Source: Okamejei kenojei
Lineage: Eukaryota
Assembly (NCBI GenBank): GCA_035221665.1
Contig: CM069174.1
Location: 10,230,001-10,294,000, forward strand
Direction: 5' to 3'
Length of the DNA stretch: 64,000 bases
In this document: positions 36,054 to 49,017 of the stretch, piece by piece
Layout of the letters: each line of letters begins with the position of its first letter
Position numbering within the stretch: the first letter of the stretch is position 1
Made by a program: the position numbers and the translations under genes
The notes under the pieces: model-generated
What the model saw: only the letters and a program-made list of their open reading frames with translations
What the model was told of the DNA's origin: nothing
Database searches by the model: none

Positions 36054-39000
36054 TGGAAAACTTCCCAGCACTGGACAGTTTTATTTTTAAAAGATAGATA
36101 TATAAAGAACTGTGTGTTGCTGCATGGGATCTGAGCCCACCTGTCTGCTCGGTAACGTACACCTGCAAGGTGCCCAGTCATTTTGACATTTTTCATTGTT
36201 TTTGCTTTAGCAATATGAGAAATTGAAGTGCAGCTTTAAATGAGAAGGGTGGGGGGGTGCTGTGAATGCGCCTGGCCCCTCTTTCCTCCCCCATTTAACC
36301 ACCTGCACAGCTTTCAATGGGTATTGTGCAATTTGTCGAATTGCTAAAGGTTGAGTTTACATTTCAGGCCGGTGTTATTGTCGTGTTATATTTTTGCAAT
36401 TATTTTGGATTTTGGAGGGGGGGGGGGCGGAGGGAAAATAAGCAAAACGGAAGACCCAAGTTGAACTGTGGGGATCGTGTGATCAGTTGCGGGTGGTGGG
36501 CATTGAATGAAGTGGAGTGGTAATGCAGGGAATATTGGGCAGAGTGGCATCATAGGTTGGTGTTTGAACACTTGCCAACCCCGGCATGGGTAGTTTTATA
36601 GAAAATAATAGAGTTGCTTGCTAAATCCAAAAAATCAGGAGAGTTCATGGGCAAGGGTCCAAATTGTCACTTTTGTAGTGTTATTTCACTGTTGACTAAA
36701 TGTTCAAACAGGTGTATGTGTGTCTCGAGGAGAAGTCTGGAAACAGGATATGAGCAGAGGAAATGTCCTTGCTCACTTCTACATGGAGTGGTCGGTTAAC
36801 TCGCTTCAGTTTGATGCAGTCTTGTCCCATGTGGTTTGCAGAGCGGAAGGAGACTATAACGTTGGCCAGTCCACAGCTGCTGCACTCTGGGTGCTCTTCA
36901 TTGGCTCCATGGCACATTTAAGGCTGGCATTGCCCGGTGCTACCACAGCGGATTGAAGCTTTGACAAATTTTCACAGACAATTCTTTCTACTTCTAGAGA
37001 CAATTCTCTGAAGTAAAAGATTTAATGTACTTTTTATTGCTTTCTCGTTCCCCTCCACCCATTCCCACTCCCCAGAGCGATGGTTTAACTTTTTATGTTT
37101 TACAGTCTCTAGTTGCTTCATTCCTCTAGAGGACTCTAGATTTAGGACCTTGCAAAAACCAATGCACCCAACTGAATTTGATTTATTTTTAATCTGATGC
37201 TGGTCTTGCTGAACTCCTGGTGTACAAGATTGCTTTTTAAACTTTTCCACATTTCCCTGCAGTAACTGTTCAGGTGTCTCACTCAATGTAGCTTGAATTA
37301 AGCCAGAGTTTGTGTGATAACTCTTCCAATATACTTTGTTTGCAAGTTGCAGCGTTTGTCTTTTTAAACTTAACTTGAAAGAAGACCCTCCTTGCACTGT
37401 GGTTCCAGCTGTGCCAAATGCCTCTTCAAAGGAAAAGAGATGATCATTTTCAGCAGTGGTACGATCAAAGTTCTGGTGACTAAGCTGTCTGGGCGCTGTG
37501 TAAATACAGAATTGGGGGAAATTTGAAGATAGTTAAGTGAACCTGATTTTTTTTTTTTAAATGAAGACTTAAATTGTATTGATGTAATACAAATACACAA
37601 TGCAATAGAGTTTTTTATTCCACATCAGGCTCTGGAAGCTGAGAAGCGATTTTTTGATATCTTCACTACTGATGCTGGGTGTCGCTCCTCGCCAAGTCTA
37701 TGGACAGGTCCAAATTAAATTGATCCTGAATTAAATTAGGATGGCAGTCTAGCGAAAAAGAGGCATCTGTGAATATTTTTTTGTAAACTGCTGTCTATAC
37801 AAGGCCCCACCTCCCATCCACGTGAAAAGTGGAACATTGTCCCCCAGCCAGCCTTCACTCGAAGCCTCTGCTGACTGTGCCATCCTGCTCCCCTTGTCAT
37901 TGACTGCGGTGCGGTGCGCCAGCTTTGCTTGTCCTCCAAGGCCTGAGCTCTGACAGTAACTGGTGTTGTTCCCTGATCGGGAGAGGTGGTCTGTAAACCG
38001 CAGACCCTGCTAACACCGATTTGGCTATTTGATTGGTTGTGTGTTTATTGGGGAATTTTTAAATGATGTGCGTTAAAATATTGATCTGCCCAGAACACAG
38101 TTTCTGCAGCAGTGATGAGTTTGTGTTTTGGGGAAAATAGAAATGGCATTTGTAAATGGGTTGTGCTGCCCAAGTTCTGTCCGATTAGGATGTGAACTGA
38201 TTTGTGTTGCTTTCTGCAGTTTGAACTCTAGCAAGAACCCTATTGTGGAATGACCACAAAGGTGTCAGTTTGGACTCTTTATCTGTAACAAAACAAAACA
38301 TAGTAAGTTCATTGCAATTTGACCTGCAAAAAATTGCTGGAGTCTGCCCAAATTCCTTTCAAAGTGATTTTATTCTCGCTGATCAACATCCAAAGGATTG
38401 TGAGAGATGCCTTAAAACCATGTAGCCCTTGGCCAGAAGCTGAACTGTCCGCCGACTTATCTTGCTGAGGCAGAACTTTAATAATTAGTGTCTTCAGGAC
38501 AGGACTGTTTAAAGTCCACTGTATAATCCACCTTTTATAAACTACAGGATTGCTTTTGTTTTGTTTGGTATTTTAGCAATCACAATCACAAATAACACTG
38601 ATTTAAAAATAAAATGTAAAAAAAAACTTCATTGTGGGGTATAAAAATGGGATTTTTAAAAAAATTACTCTTCTGCAATTGCCCTTCCCTTTTGGATTTA
38701 TGGAGGAAGCTATGTGCTGTGCCCATAGCATCTTGCTCCGGTGATTGTGTGGAAACCCTAAACTCTGGTTTATCTTAGAACTGTTGATTAAGTGAGACTG
38801 CTGGGCCAGTTCATGGACTACTTAATGGAGAGATGGGAGGAAATTGAAGATATTTGAATTCTGTAATAAGTTAGTGAGCATTCTACATTGTAACCTGGTG
38901 AAGATGACATTACCCGCTTTGGATCAGGTCAAATTTGCCACTGAATCTGGAAGAATCGGGTTCAAGCAGGTTGCCATTTTGGATCTTTAAGAGGGAACAT

Positions 39001-40235
39001 TGTTGTGGGTAGCATGACCTGTGAAAAATTGGTGTAAAGTACTCCCTCTTGTATTATCTTGTCTGAGGTCATACTTGCACCCATACAGATGCGGTCTTGA
39101 TTTGCCAGTTTTTGTGCACAGCAGCCCCAGTGAGATGATTTGTCCCTGCTCCATTCTGAGGCAGTCTTCTGTCTCTGCTCTGGCCACCTCACTGCTGTGC
39201 TCTTGAGCATGATCCATCAGGCACATTATTGAGCTGGGCTGGCTGGTCCCCGACTAGACACAACCAGAGGAAGGAAGGAAGGCAAATGGGAGCTATAGCT
39301 CTGTGGGAGGAAAACAAAATGCTTTTATTTCCACAATGCACACCTCACCTGTGCAAGTATAATGAGTTTTGTGACTAAAGCAGATTGATGTTGTTGATTA
39401 AGTAATGAGAACAGTTTGAAATTTTACAGGATACTGAATTAGTGTTTCCTCATTCCTCTTTGAGCACGACACTTGTAACTGCCGTGATTGTACGGTTGAA
39501 ATATGTTCATTCTTGCTATTTTGTGCTAGTTGATACCAATGTCTTCCTCCACTGGTTAGCTCAGCCAGGCTGGGACTCCTCATTGTTTCTCTTTTGTTTA
39601 TGGGGTGATGGAATATTGTATCACACATTGGTCATTGCTCCAGAAATTTTATCCAATCACGTTTTTAGTTCTGACTTTTATAGTGCCACCCTGTGTCTGC
39701 ACAGAAACTGATTCAAATGTCTGTTGACACCCATATTGTTGTAAATGAAGTGGATGTTTCAAGATTACATGGACAAGATGTTAGCTGGGATGGAGTTAGG
39801 AATGATGGATCCTCTGACTGACCTGGAGATTACTAGAATACAGTAAGTTTAAAATTGCAAACTGGACATCGTTTTGGACAAGGTGACTGTGTGGCAATGC
39901 TTACTTTATTAAACGCAGTTGATATCATTCCCTAGAATGGATTGCTTGTTAATTTTTGTAATACTCTACTGGACCAGTAATGCTGTAACTGAACTTAAAG
40001 TATGTGATGTGTAACATTTATCTTGTTATTGATTGCTTGTACTTATGTTGACTGCTGTTTCTTGGTAGATAACTGTGGTTTGGCATTGCATATCTTTACA
40101 GCAATTATGTTATCCTTGATTTTTTTTTTTTTTTAAGCCCTAGGATTGCCAACACATCTGAGACTCTGCCGAGCTGCAGTGCCTGTTTTTTTTTGTTTTT
40201 TTTTCATTGATTGGCTAAAAATCAATAGAATGAGC

Positions 40236-40273
<38 letters not shown>

Positions 40274-41095
40274 TTTTTTTTAATTTACTAGAGCCACTGG
40301 CTCAGTTGGTGACCGATTTTCCCCTGTTGTGTATCTGACGTGCAGAAAACAGGAAGAGCCCAGAGTTGATCAACAATGTGGGAGCACAAAACCTGACAGA
40401 AAAAAAAAACAGGCATCACACTGCAAGCTCCTGTGTGAAGTGTGAATTGTACAAGTGCCACCCAGCAAAAGCTGGAGCCTGCAGGGTTGCTGAGTAAGCA
40501 GCACTACCCGCTAAACCATGCAGGTCTGCTTGGGTTGGGGACGGTGCTACTTTTTGTTACACTCTGGATATTCCCTTGTGGTGTTACGGTTACTGACAGA
40601 GGCAAAAGCCGGCTTGTGTCTACCAGGCTTGTTGTGTTGGATCTGGAATACTGCCTGATTTGGTTTGTTCTTGTGTTGAACTGTTAATCTTGCTATAGAA
40701 CGTTACTTTGTAGCTTTGTGCTTGATTCAGCCCAATCCTGCATTGCGGATGAGACCGAGTTATTGATCAGCCTCGGCCAGGCTGCCACACGATGGAAGAT
40801 TGAGGAGAATTTATTTGGCTCTGCCCTGCTTCCTGAGCCAAACGCCCCAGTGACTAAATCAGAGTGATTTGGGGAGGGGTGGAGGGGGAGGGGGAGAAGA
40901 GTGGAGGACAACTTTGTTAATTAAAGTACCGAAATTGCCTTGCATTTTGAATCAATGCATCAAAATTTTTGTCAATACAGACTCGTGGTTTGCTAGATGA
41001 CAAGCTGTGGATGTGTTGGTGGAGGTAGTTCTTGTTAATTCAATGTTTTTTTTACTGGACACATTGCAATAAAAATGTCATTCAATATTTTAAAT
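36054..41095 (+). other. CERS5: Probable long CERS5 3' UTR; poly(A) signals AATAAA at ~38608 and 41068-41073
   Basis: About 5 kb with no recognisable TE and U-rich tracts, ending at AATAAA just before the convergent COX14 3' end. Confidence 0.55.
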
Positions 41096-41766
41096 GGAAT
41101 CTTTCATTTTTAATTTCTGCTCCCACCAGCAGCACAGAATCCCCATCCCTCAAATCTCTCTTACCCCTCCCAACTTGCCCTTGGCCTTCAAGGCCATTAA
41201 GTACAGCCTTTTCAATGAATCGAAATTTGTAGAACAAATATTATTATTATTATTATTAATGTTTTTGTTTATCTTATTATTTTTTATTTTAATCTTAATA
41301 TGAACGTATTTAAAATACCAAAGTGTAAAAGAAGATTCAACGAAATAATTCTCCCCGACTGACAGCCACAATTAAAACATTAGTAAGTCATGAGGGCTAT
41401 TTTAACAAAATAATGTACATTTTGAAGTATATCTAATTGAAGTTTCTTGGATGCAGCCTTATTAGATTACAGCTAACGTAATGCGGCATTCCGACATGAA
41501 AAGGTTCCCCACCCCTGACCCAAACGTTAACCATTTCACCTGAGGGAGGAGGAATTAAACCACTCAACTTTTAAAACAAAACTGATTAAAAAATGATAAT
41601 GCACAAAGCTCAAAACAAATCATATTAAATAATTATTTAAACCTTTTATAATGAGTAGATTTTAAAGCTGATGCACAAAATTTTAGAATTGGATATACAA
41701 TATGAAACATTATTTTTTTCACATGCTGCAAAGCGGGGTGCTTTGTTCCCCAAACAGGAGCAGCTT

Positions 41767-41943
41767 TTAGTCCTTGATTATTTCACTTGTTTGGTCTTTA
41801 GCCGCTGCCTTCAAGGTCTTTTGTCTCTGGAAGTAGCGATAGGCACGGGCACTGCACAGATAGCCACCGTACACCGTCAGTAATATCATTGAGCCAGAAA
41901 CCATCCTGTAGCCCATGTCTGCTAGTTTCTTAGAGGACACCAT
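41767..41943 (-). CDS. COX14: Cytochrome c oxidase assembly factor COX14 (58 aa, single coding exon)
   Basis: MVSSKKLADMGYRMVSGSMILLTVYGGYLCSARAYRYFQRQK...; LADxGY and LTVYGGYLCS match COX14. Kozak-like CACCATGG; acceptor TTTCAG| at 41953; AATAAA at 41283-41288 (-). Confidence 0.95.
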   Translation of the reverse strand: MVSSKKLADMGYRMVSGSMILLTVYGGYLCSARAYRYFQRQKTLKAAAKDQTSEIIKD

Positions 41944-42541
41944 GGTGACAAATCTGAAATACATACACCAAGCTTTAGTTAATGAGGAAAAGAGCCAAAG
42001 CAAACACTTGCCCAATGACTGGTCCATGCCATTTCCTGAGAAAGGAGCGGCTATGTTTTTTGGTGGGCAAGAGCTACTGTTTGATGCAAAGCCCTTCCAA
42101 GAACCCGCCTCCATGGCATAGAACCCCTTACTGTTCCATGTGATAAATTAGACACACAACTTCACTATGTTTTGCAAAAAAAACACAGGTGTAGTGGGTG
42201 TCTGAAATGGGATCCATGAGAGATGAACAATTCCAGGCTCAAGCCAAAAGCAGGATGTTTAATACTTAAACCCTGCTGCTTTCAGAGAGGAAAGAGGATA
42301 TACATCTGTCTCACAATTTCACTAATGAACCCAGGGCAAGGAACATAGAAAGGTACAGCTCAGGAACAGGCTCTTTGGCCCACTATATCTGAGCCAAACA
42401 TGATCCCAAGTTAAATTAATCTCCATCTGCACATGATCCACTTCCACCCATTCCCTACACATCTGCATGTGTATCTAAAAGCTTCTAAAATCCCACTATT
42501 GTATCTGCCTCCACAGCCCACTCCTGGCAATGGGTTCCAGG

Positions 42542-42568
42542 CATAGGTAGAAATCCCAGGGGGAGGGT

Positions 42569-42603
<35 letters not shown>

Positions 42604-43182
42604 TCATGTTTTGAGAAGTGGGGGACAATGTTTTGTAATCCGGATTTTAAAAATCGGTGGAAAATAATCTAAAATCTCCGCGGCGATTGAGGGCGCCGAT
42701 TGGATGAGACATCGGTCAGCAGGCCGTGGGGGGGGGGGGGGGGGACATGATGATTCAGCGCGATGATTGGAGGAGGGAGGTGTCGGTCAGAGGTGGAAGT
42801 AGGGGGGTGGGACCGAGGATGGAGCGCGATGATTGGAGGAGGGAGACGTCCTGGTGGACGTCTATAACAAAGATCATAGAGCGGAGCTTGAATCGGCCCA
42901 TTCGCGGGGCTTTTCATCGCCCGGCACGGTCAAATTGCTGCGTCTAGGCGAACGAGGCTCCTGATGTAGAATCCCCCGCCGGGAGATGAAAGGCCCTGCG
43001 AACGGGCCGATTGAAGCCCCATGATTCGGAGCGGACAAAGCTGCTGTTTCTGGAGTTCGGAGTCGGTCACCAACCAGGTCAGCTCCCAATGTTACCGTCC
43101 ACAGGGCTCCACGGCTTAAGCCTCCAAAGCCTCGCGCTCGCAGGGCTAAGAAATTGTGTTTTGATAGCGATTTCCACCCCTG
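42542..43182. mobile_element. hAT-like non-autonomous DNA transposon inserted in a CR1 3' end
   Basis: Imperfect TIRs CATAGGTAGAAATC / GATTTCCACCCCTG; 8-bp TSD GTTCCAGG / GTGCCAGG; internal (TG)n, tandem repeats and a 40-bp inverted repeat. Confidence 0.7.
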
Positions 43183-44150
43183 GTGCCAGGCACCCACCAC
43201 CTTCTATGTTTATAAGAAAACTTGCCCCACACATTTCATTGAAACTTTGTTCCTCTCACCTTAAATAAATGCCCTCTCATCTTTGGCATTCCAACCCTGG
43301 TAAAAAAGTTCGGAGGCAGCTATAGACTCGAACCCCAAAGTCCCTCTATCCATCACTGTTGTTGAGGGTCTTGCCTTACCTTCCTGTTACATTCGACCTT
43401 CCATAATGCAACAACTCGCGCATGCTCAGTATTAAACGCCATCTCCCTCTTTGCCATCTTTATGGTTGTTCTATATCCTGCTGTATACTTTTGACATCCT
43501 TACTGTCTGTAACTCCACCAATTATTGTGTCATCTATCCTTGCATCAAAGTCATATACTATCACAAACAACAGAGGTCACAGCACAGATCCCTGTGGACG
43601 CAAATGGCCTTAGACCTCCAGCCTGAATAACACCCTTCCACCACAACCCCATCTTCTGTGAGTAAGCCAGATGTGAATCTAAATAACCAAATCACCCTGG
43701 ATCACGGCCCCACAGCAGAAGCGTCCACGTCGCGGGGCTGGTAACTGGAAGTATCCTGAGCTAATTCTGCTACCACCGTCATCTATTGTGACAAGTGATA
43801 GCTTCCACTGATTGTCGCTGGAAGCTTGTGTCCATTTCAAGACGGACGATGACAGCAAGGTCAACATTTGTAACAAGATGGACACAAAAAGACCCTGGAT
43901 CCCATGCATCTTAATCTTCTGGATCAGCCTACCAAGAGAGACTTTATCAAAAGCCTTATTAAAATCCATGAGGACAACATCCAACCCCTACCACCATCGG
44001 TCACCTCAAAAAAATAATCTAAGTAGTAAGGCATGACCTGCTGTGGACAACGCCATGTTGACTGACCCTAATTAGCCCATTCTCCTCCAAATATGAGTAA
44101 ATCCTATCCCAAAGAATGCTCTCAATTAGATTCCAACCACGGATGTGAGG
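43183..44150 (-). mobile_element. CR1 LINE RT fragments, degraded
   Basis: VDVVLMDFNKAFDKV...LIQKIKMHGIQG and PQGSVL motif. Confidence 0.8.
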
Positions 44151-44189
44151 ATTACCATGATCACAACCACGTCATCTGATTAGTTACTA

Positions 44190-46265
44190 TGGTACTAAGA
44201 CCAATAAGAGTGGCCTGGGAGATTTACCAGCCTCGATAGGAGGACTTTATGGTGAGAGAGTAGATAGGCTGAGCTTGTTTTCCCCTGGAGTGAAGAAGGC
44301 TAAAGAGTGACCTAATAGTGATATACAAAATTATAAGAGGCATTGATAGGGTGGATCATCAGAATCTTTTTTCCCCATAATAGGGGAATCAAATATCAGG
44401 TAGGCATTGGTTTATGATGAGAGGAAGGAGTTTTAAAGGGAATCCAAGGGGAACTTTTTTTTCCCACACAGCGTGTGGTTGATACCTGCCATAGGAGGTG
44501 GAGTCTGATACAATTATAGACATTTTAGACAGAAAGTTAAATGGGCAAGGCATAGAAGAATATGAATCTAATTCAGGCAAATAGATTAGTGGTAAAAAGG
44601 TCAGCGTGGTCATGGTTGGCTGAAGGGATAGTTTATGTGTTGTACAACTCTTATAACAGTGGCTTCCAAACTTTTTTATTAGATTGTCATATCCTTTTTC
44701 CAAAGCATTTGTAGTCATGGGCTATTCTTACCATCTAAATTTCAATATTATTTAATACAATATAGAACTGCAACACGCAAACAGGGGTTCAAAAGTAGGT
44801 GAGGAATTTCTTTAGTCAGAAGGTGGCGAATTTGTGGAATTTGTTGCTGCAGCCTGCTGTGGAAGTCAAGTCATTGGGTATTTTTAAGGTGGAGATTGAC
44901 AGATTCCTGATTAGTATGGATGTGGGGAGAATATTATGGTTATGGGGAGAAGGCAGGAGAATGGGTTTGAGAGGGAAGGATAGATCAAGCATGATTGAAT
45001 GGTGGAGTAGATTTGATGGGCTGAATGGCCTAATTCTGTTTTTATGACATTAACTTAATAAGAGTCTTGAATGTACCTTTGTGATGTAAATCCTCTATGA
45101 GCGCAGGGAATGGTTTCCCTCTCTGTTCAAACCTTAAAAGCAAACTAACGGGATTAGAATTAAGGCACTAAAACCCCCTGCAGCTCTAGAACCCGCCGTA
45201 AGGACATCCAACACCCGCCTTGAGGAAGGACATCCTTGTGATTGAGGCAGTGCAGCGTAGGTTCACCAGATCGATCCCTGGGATGGTGGGACTGTCATAT
45301 GAGGAAAGATTGAAAAGACTAGGCTTGTATTCACTGGAGTTTAGAAGGATGAGGGGGGGATTTTGTGGAAACATATCAAATTATAAAAGGACTGTTTTGG
45401 TCTCCAAATCTGAGGAAGGACATTATTGCCATAGAGGGAGTGCAGAGAAGGTTCACCAGACTGATTCCTGGGATGTCAGGACTGTTTATGAAGAAAGACT
45501 GGATAGACTCGGTTTATACTCTCTCTGGAATTTAGGAGATTGAGAGGGGATCTTATAGAAACTTACAAAATTCTTAAGGGTTGGACAGGCTAGATGCAGG
45601 AAGATTGTTCCCGATGTTGGGGAAGTCCAGGACAAGGGGTCACAGCTTAAGGATAAGGGGGAAATCCTTTAAGACCGAGATGAGAAAGACTTTTTTTCAC
45701 ACAGAGAGTGGTGAGTCTCTGGAACTCTCTGCCACAGAGGGTAGTTGAGGCCAGTTCATTGGCTATATTTAAGAGTGAGTTGGATGTGGCCCTTGTGGCT
45801 AAGGGGATCAGAGGGTATGGAGAGAAGGCAGGTACGGGATATTGAGTTGGATGATCAGCCATGATCATATTGAATGGCGGTGCAGGCTCGAAGGGCTGAA
45901 TGGCCTACTCCTGCACCTAATTTCTATGTTTCTATGACTGGACAAGCTAGATGCAGGAAAAATGTTCCCAATGTTGGGCGAGTCCAGAACCAGGGGCCAC
46001 ACAGTCTTAGAATAAAGGGGAGGCCATTTAAGACTGAGGTGAGGAAAAACTTTTCCACCCAGAGAGTTGTGAATCTGTGGGATTCCCTGCCACAGAGGGC
46101 AGTGGAGGCCAAGTCACTGGATGGATTTAAGAGAGAGTTGGATAGAGCTCTAGGGGCTGGTGGAGTCAAGGGATATGGGGAGAAGGCAGGCACGGGTTAT
46201 TGATTGGGGACGATCAGCCATGATCACAATGAATGGCGGTGCTGGCTCGATTTTCTATGTTTCTA
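44190..46265 (+). mobile_element. Cluster of tandem CR1 3' fragments
   Basis: Repeated IEAVQRRFTR / YEERLxRLGLYSLE / FFTQRVVxLWNSLP segments; shared 3' UTR ...GAATGGCCTACTCCTGCACC...TTCTATGTTTCTATG. Confidence 0.88.
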
Positions 46266-46329
46266 AACCATAACCATCCCCTGGCCTCAGCCTGCGGACA
46301 GCAGTGTTAACTGGTGACATTGCGGGTCG

Positions 46330-46750
46330 TGGTGTAGTTTAAATGAACTGAAAGGACAATAACTGGAGCTGCATCCCCTCCCTCCCCGGGACCCGCCGCC
46401 GCCGCCGCGGTTTCAGCGGAGGCCGTGAAGTGGGCGGCGGGTCCCGGGGCCGATCCTCGGCGTCAGTCCAAGGACGCGCGGACAACAGGGCGACGGGAAC
46501 CAGTAACCTGCCAGGGGGCCTGTGGCACAAATCAGAGTCCGGAGCTGAGCGGCAGCAACTTACCCGTGAATCTTGCTCTAGTATCTGGGCCGTGAACCGC
46601 CGACTCCCTCCCAGGCGCCGTGTTCCGCCGGTTTTATTGACCGGGTGGAGCAGCGACGCGATTTACCGGGGGAGCGGAGAGCAGGAGGGACCGGCTGCGC
46701 CGGAAGCGGAAGCGGCAGCGGCCCTGCTGCGGGCGGGAGTCACTGGACCC
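46330..46750 (-). promoter_or_regulatory. COX14: CpG-island promoter and non-coding exon 1 of COX14
   Basis: GC/CpG-rich island; - strand donor CGG|GTAAGT (exon ends 46564); tandem ETS/GABP sites CCGGAAGCGGAAG at 46700-46712; GC box at ~46730. Confidence 0.75.
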
Positions 46751-48551
46751 GGATCTCAACTTAACTCTTTCAAATGGCCTACTCCTGCACCTATTGTCTA
46801 AATTAGATCTCTTATTCTTCCAACTCCAGTGAATACAGACCTAACGAACCCAACCGTCTTATCATACAACTATCATGTCCTTCCAAAAATCATTCTGGTG
46901 AACTTTTGCTGATTACAGACCAGGATCTGCCTCATCAGAGCCCTGCATGTCTTCCATGGGTGTCTGCTGCTCCTGTCCTCACTCCGTCCCTGGTGTGAAA
47001 ACGTGAATGGTACAAGAAGTGGCAGATATAACACATTGTGGATAACAGTGAGATCATCCACCATGGTGGAAAAAATTGGAAAGGTCAAAGATTTTGTAAA
47101 TGGTGAGAGATTGAAAGGGAGCTCAGCTGCCTAGTACACAAATCACAGTTAAATGTGCAGGTTCAGCAAGCAGTTATAATGGAAAATGATATGTCAGCCT
47201 TTGTTGCAAGAGGACAGAAGCCATACTAAAATTATATAGGACCCCAGTGAGACCACCACTGGAATATTCCCTCTAGGCCCAGTCTCCCTACATAAGATAG
47301 AATGTTCTTGTGAAAGAGGAAGTTAGCAAAACAAAGAAAGGCTCACTGGATTGAATGGCACATCTGTCAAGTCCTGGACGAAATTTGTACCTTGCATAAA
47401 GACTAATAAGTCTTATAAGACTAATAAGCAGGAGACTAAGGATCTAGTTCCAATAGGAAGAACTGGGGGTGCAGGGATGATTGTTGAGATAGCAAATAAG
47501 GGGCTTGAGCTTTGGAGGTTCAGGTGGATGTGCTGGTTAGGCACATTGAAGAGTGGTTGTTGGATAAATCATTTAAGGTTGAGTTATTGGCTTACTTAGC
47601 TGTTGGTTCAGTCAGGTGATGCACTGGCGAAGATCAAGCTGTCACGGCAGCACACAAAGATTGTCGGCCGCTTTCAGGACAATGTGGGCGAACCTCCCCT
47701 GCAATGCTTCAGAAGAAATGTTGTACTGGAAGTGACACAGAAGTCACATCAGGGTCCAAGTACGTCTGAGGCCCATAAGGGACATTTCTAGAATGCCAAT
47801 GAAACATGTTGTCATTTTTCATATTCAATTTCACTGCAATTTGTCATTTTTCATATTCAAACACTGCAATTTCAATTTCAATAACATTGCAATTTCTCAG
47901 CATATCACAAGAGGATAAAGTTCTCGTTTGTTAAATAACCAGGTAAATACAGCTTGCATGTGGGGGACAATAAATTGTATCTTTTCCGCTACAACTCCCC
48001 CTGCCTCACTCATACCCTACTGAATATTAGCCCCACTTGCCTCTGTCTCTCTGTCCCCCTCTATGCATAGACAGACTGCCTACATTGCCAGAGAATTTGA
48101 AATGTTTTGTGACAACCCCATTTGAGATTTGTCATTATATGTCACCCTGTCAAAGCCCTTTTTTAAAAATTATTTAACATTGAAAAAAAATGCTTAATCC
48201 TGCCTCTTCTATCTGCTTTTTGCCTTTGAAACTCGTGTATTACTTCACCTTTTGAATGGTTAACTTAATGAGTTTCAAATAAGTGAGCATACTTATATTG
48301 TGACCCTTGGCACCAGTTTTCTCCATTTCACAATGAAACACCTGTACCAAATCGTACTCCAAACCAAATTTCATGAAAATCACACTGCTAAAAGTAATTT
48401 ACGTGTAATTATTTTTGATTTAGAAGTGATCTGATAAAAAAGACCAAAAACAGCAGCAGCTGTACAATAATACCTTAATGTAATCGGTGTGATGCATTAA
48501 ACTATGGTTTCCAATTGCAAAAATGGGATTATCTAATTCTTCTGGTGTAGT

Positions 48552-49017
48552 TGTAGCGGTAGATTTTCATATCGTTCAAGAGATTACTCCCGCTAGCTGC
48601 TAAATGAGCTACATGATTAAGGGGAATGTCTTTGTACGCATGCAAGCTCTCCGCCGGGGACCTTCAGAGCTTCTTCGCAGATAAATCTTCAAAACACAGT
48701 CTTTTGATTAATGAATTCTTTATTGTTGATGAAAAACAATAAGGTACATCCAAACTTCTTCCGACTCGTACACTATAACCTTCATCGAACTCCAGTTTAG
48801 TGCATTAAACGTTAGAAAACTCCTCGTGACTCCGTTACACTTCGCATGGTCAAAGGGTGAACCTTCCCCATGCTCGTCCAAATCTAAACTGAAAACTAAG
48901 CTTCTACCCAAGAAACTTAGCTCCAAACACGCCCTAAAATCCCACCCACAATATAACGGGCAGTCTAAAATTTAAAGACACATGCCATAGTTAATGACAC
49001 GCCAAATGGCCACTACA
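48552..49017 (-). mobile_element. Solo LTR (466 bp)
   Basis: TGTAGCGG...CCACTACA termini; perfect 5-bp TSD GTAGT (48547-48551 and 49018-49022); AATAAA on the - strand at 48719-48724. Confidence 0.85.

Noticed and set aside
41944-42114. 57-aa N-terminal extension of COX14 in the ORF track
   Set aside because: Crosses the splice acceptor at 41953; homology begins at MVSSK.
47809-47897. Short tandem duplication (TGTCATTTTTCATATTCAA...)
   Set aside because: Ordinary AT-rich slippage; no spacer structure, not CRISPR-like.
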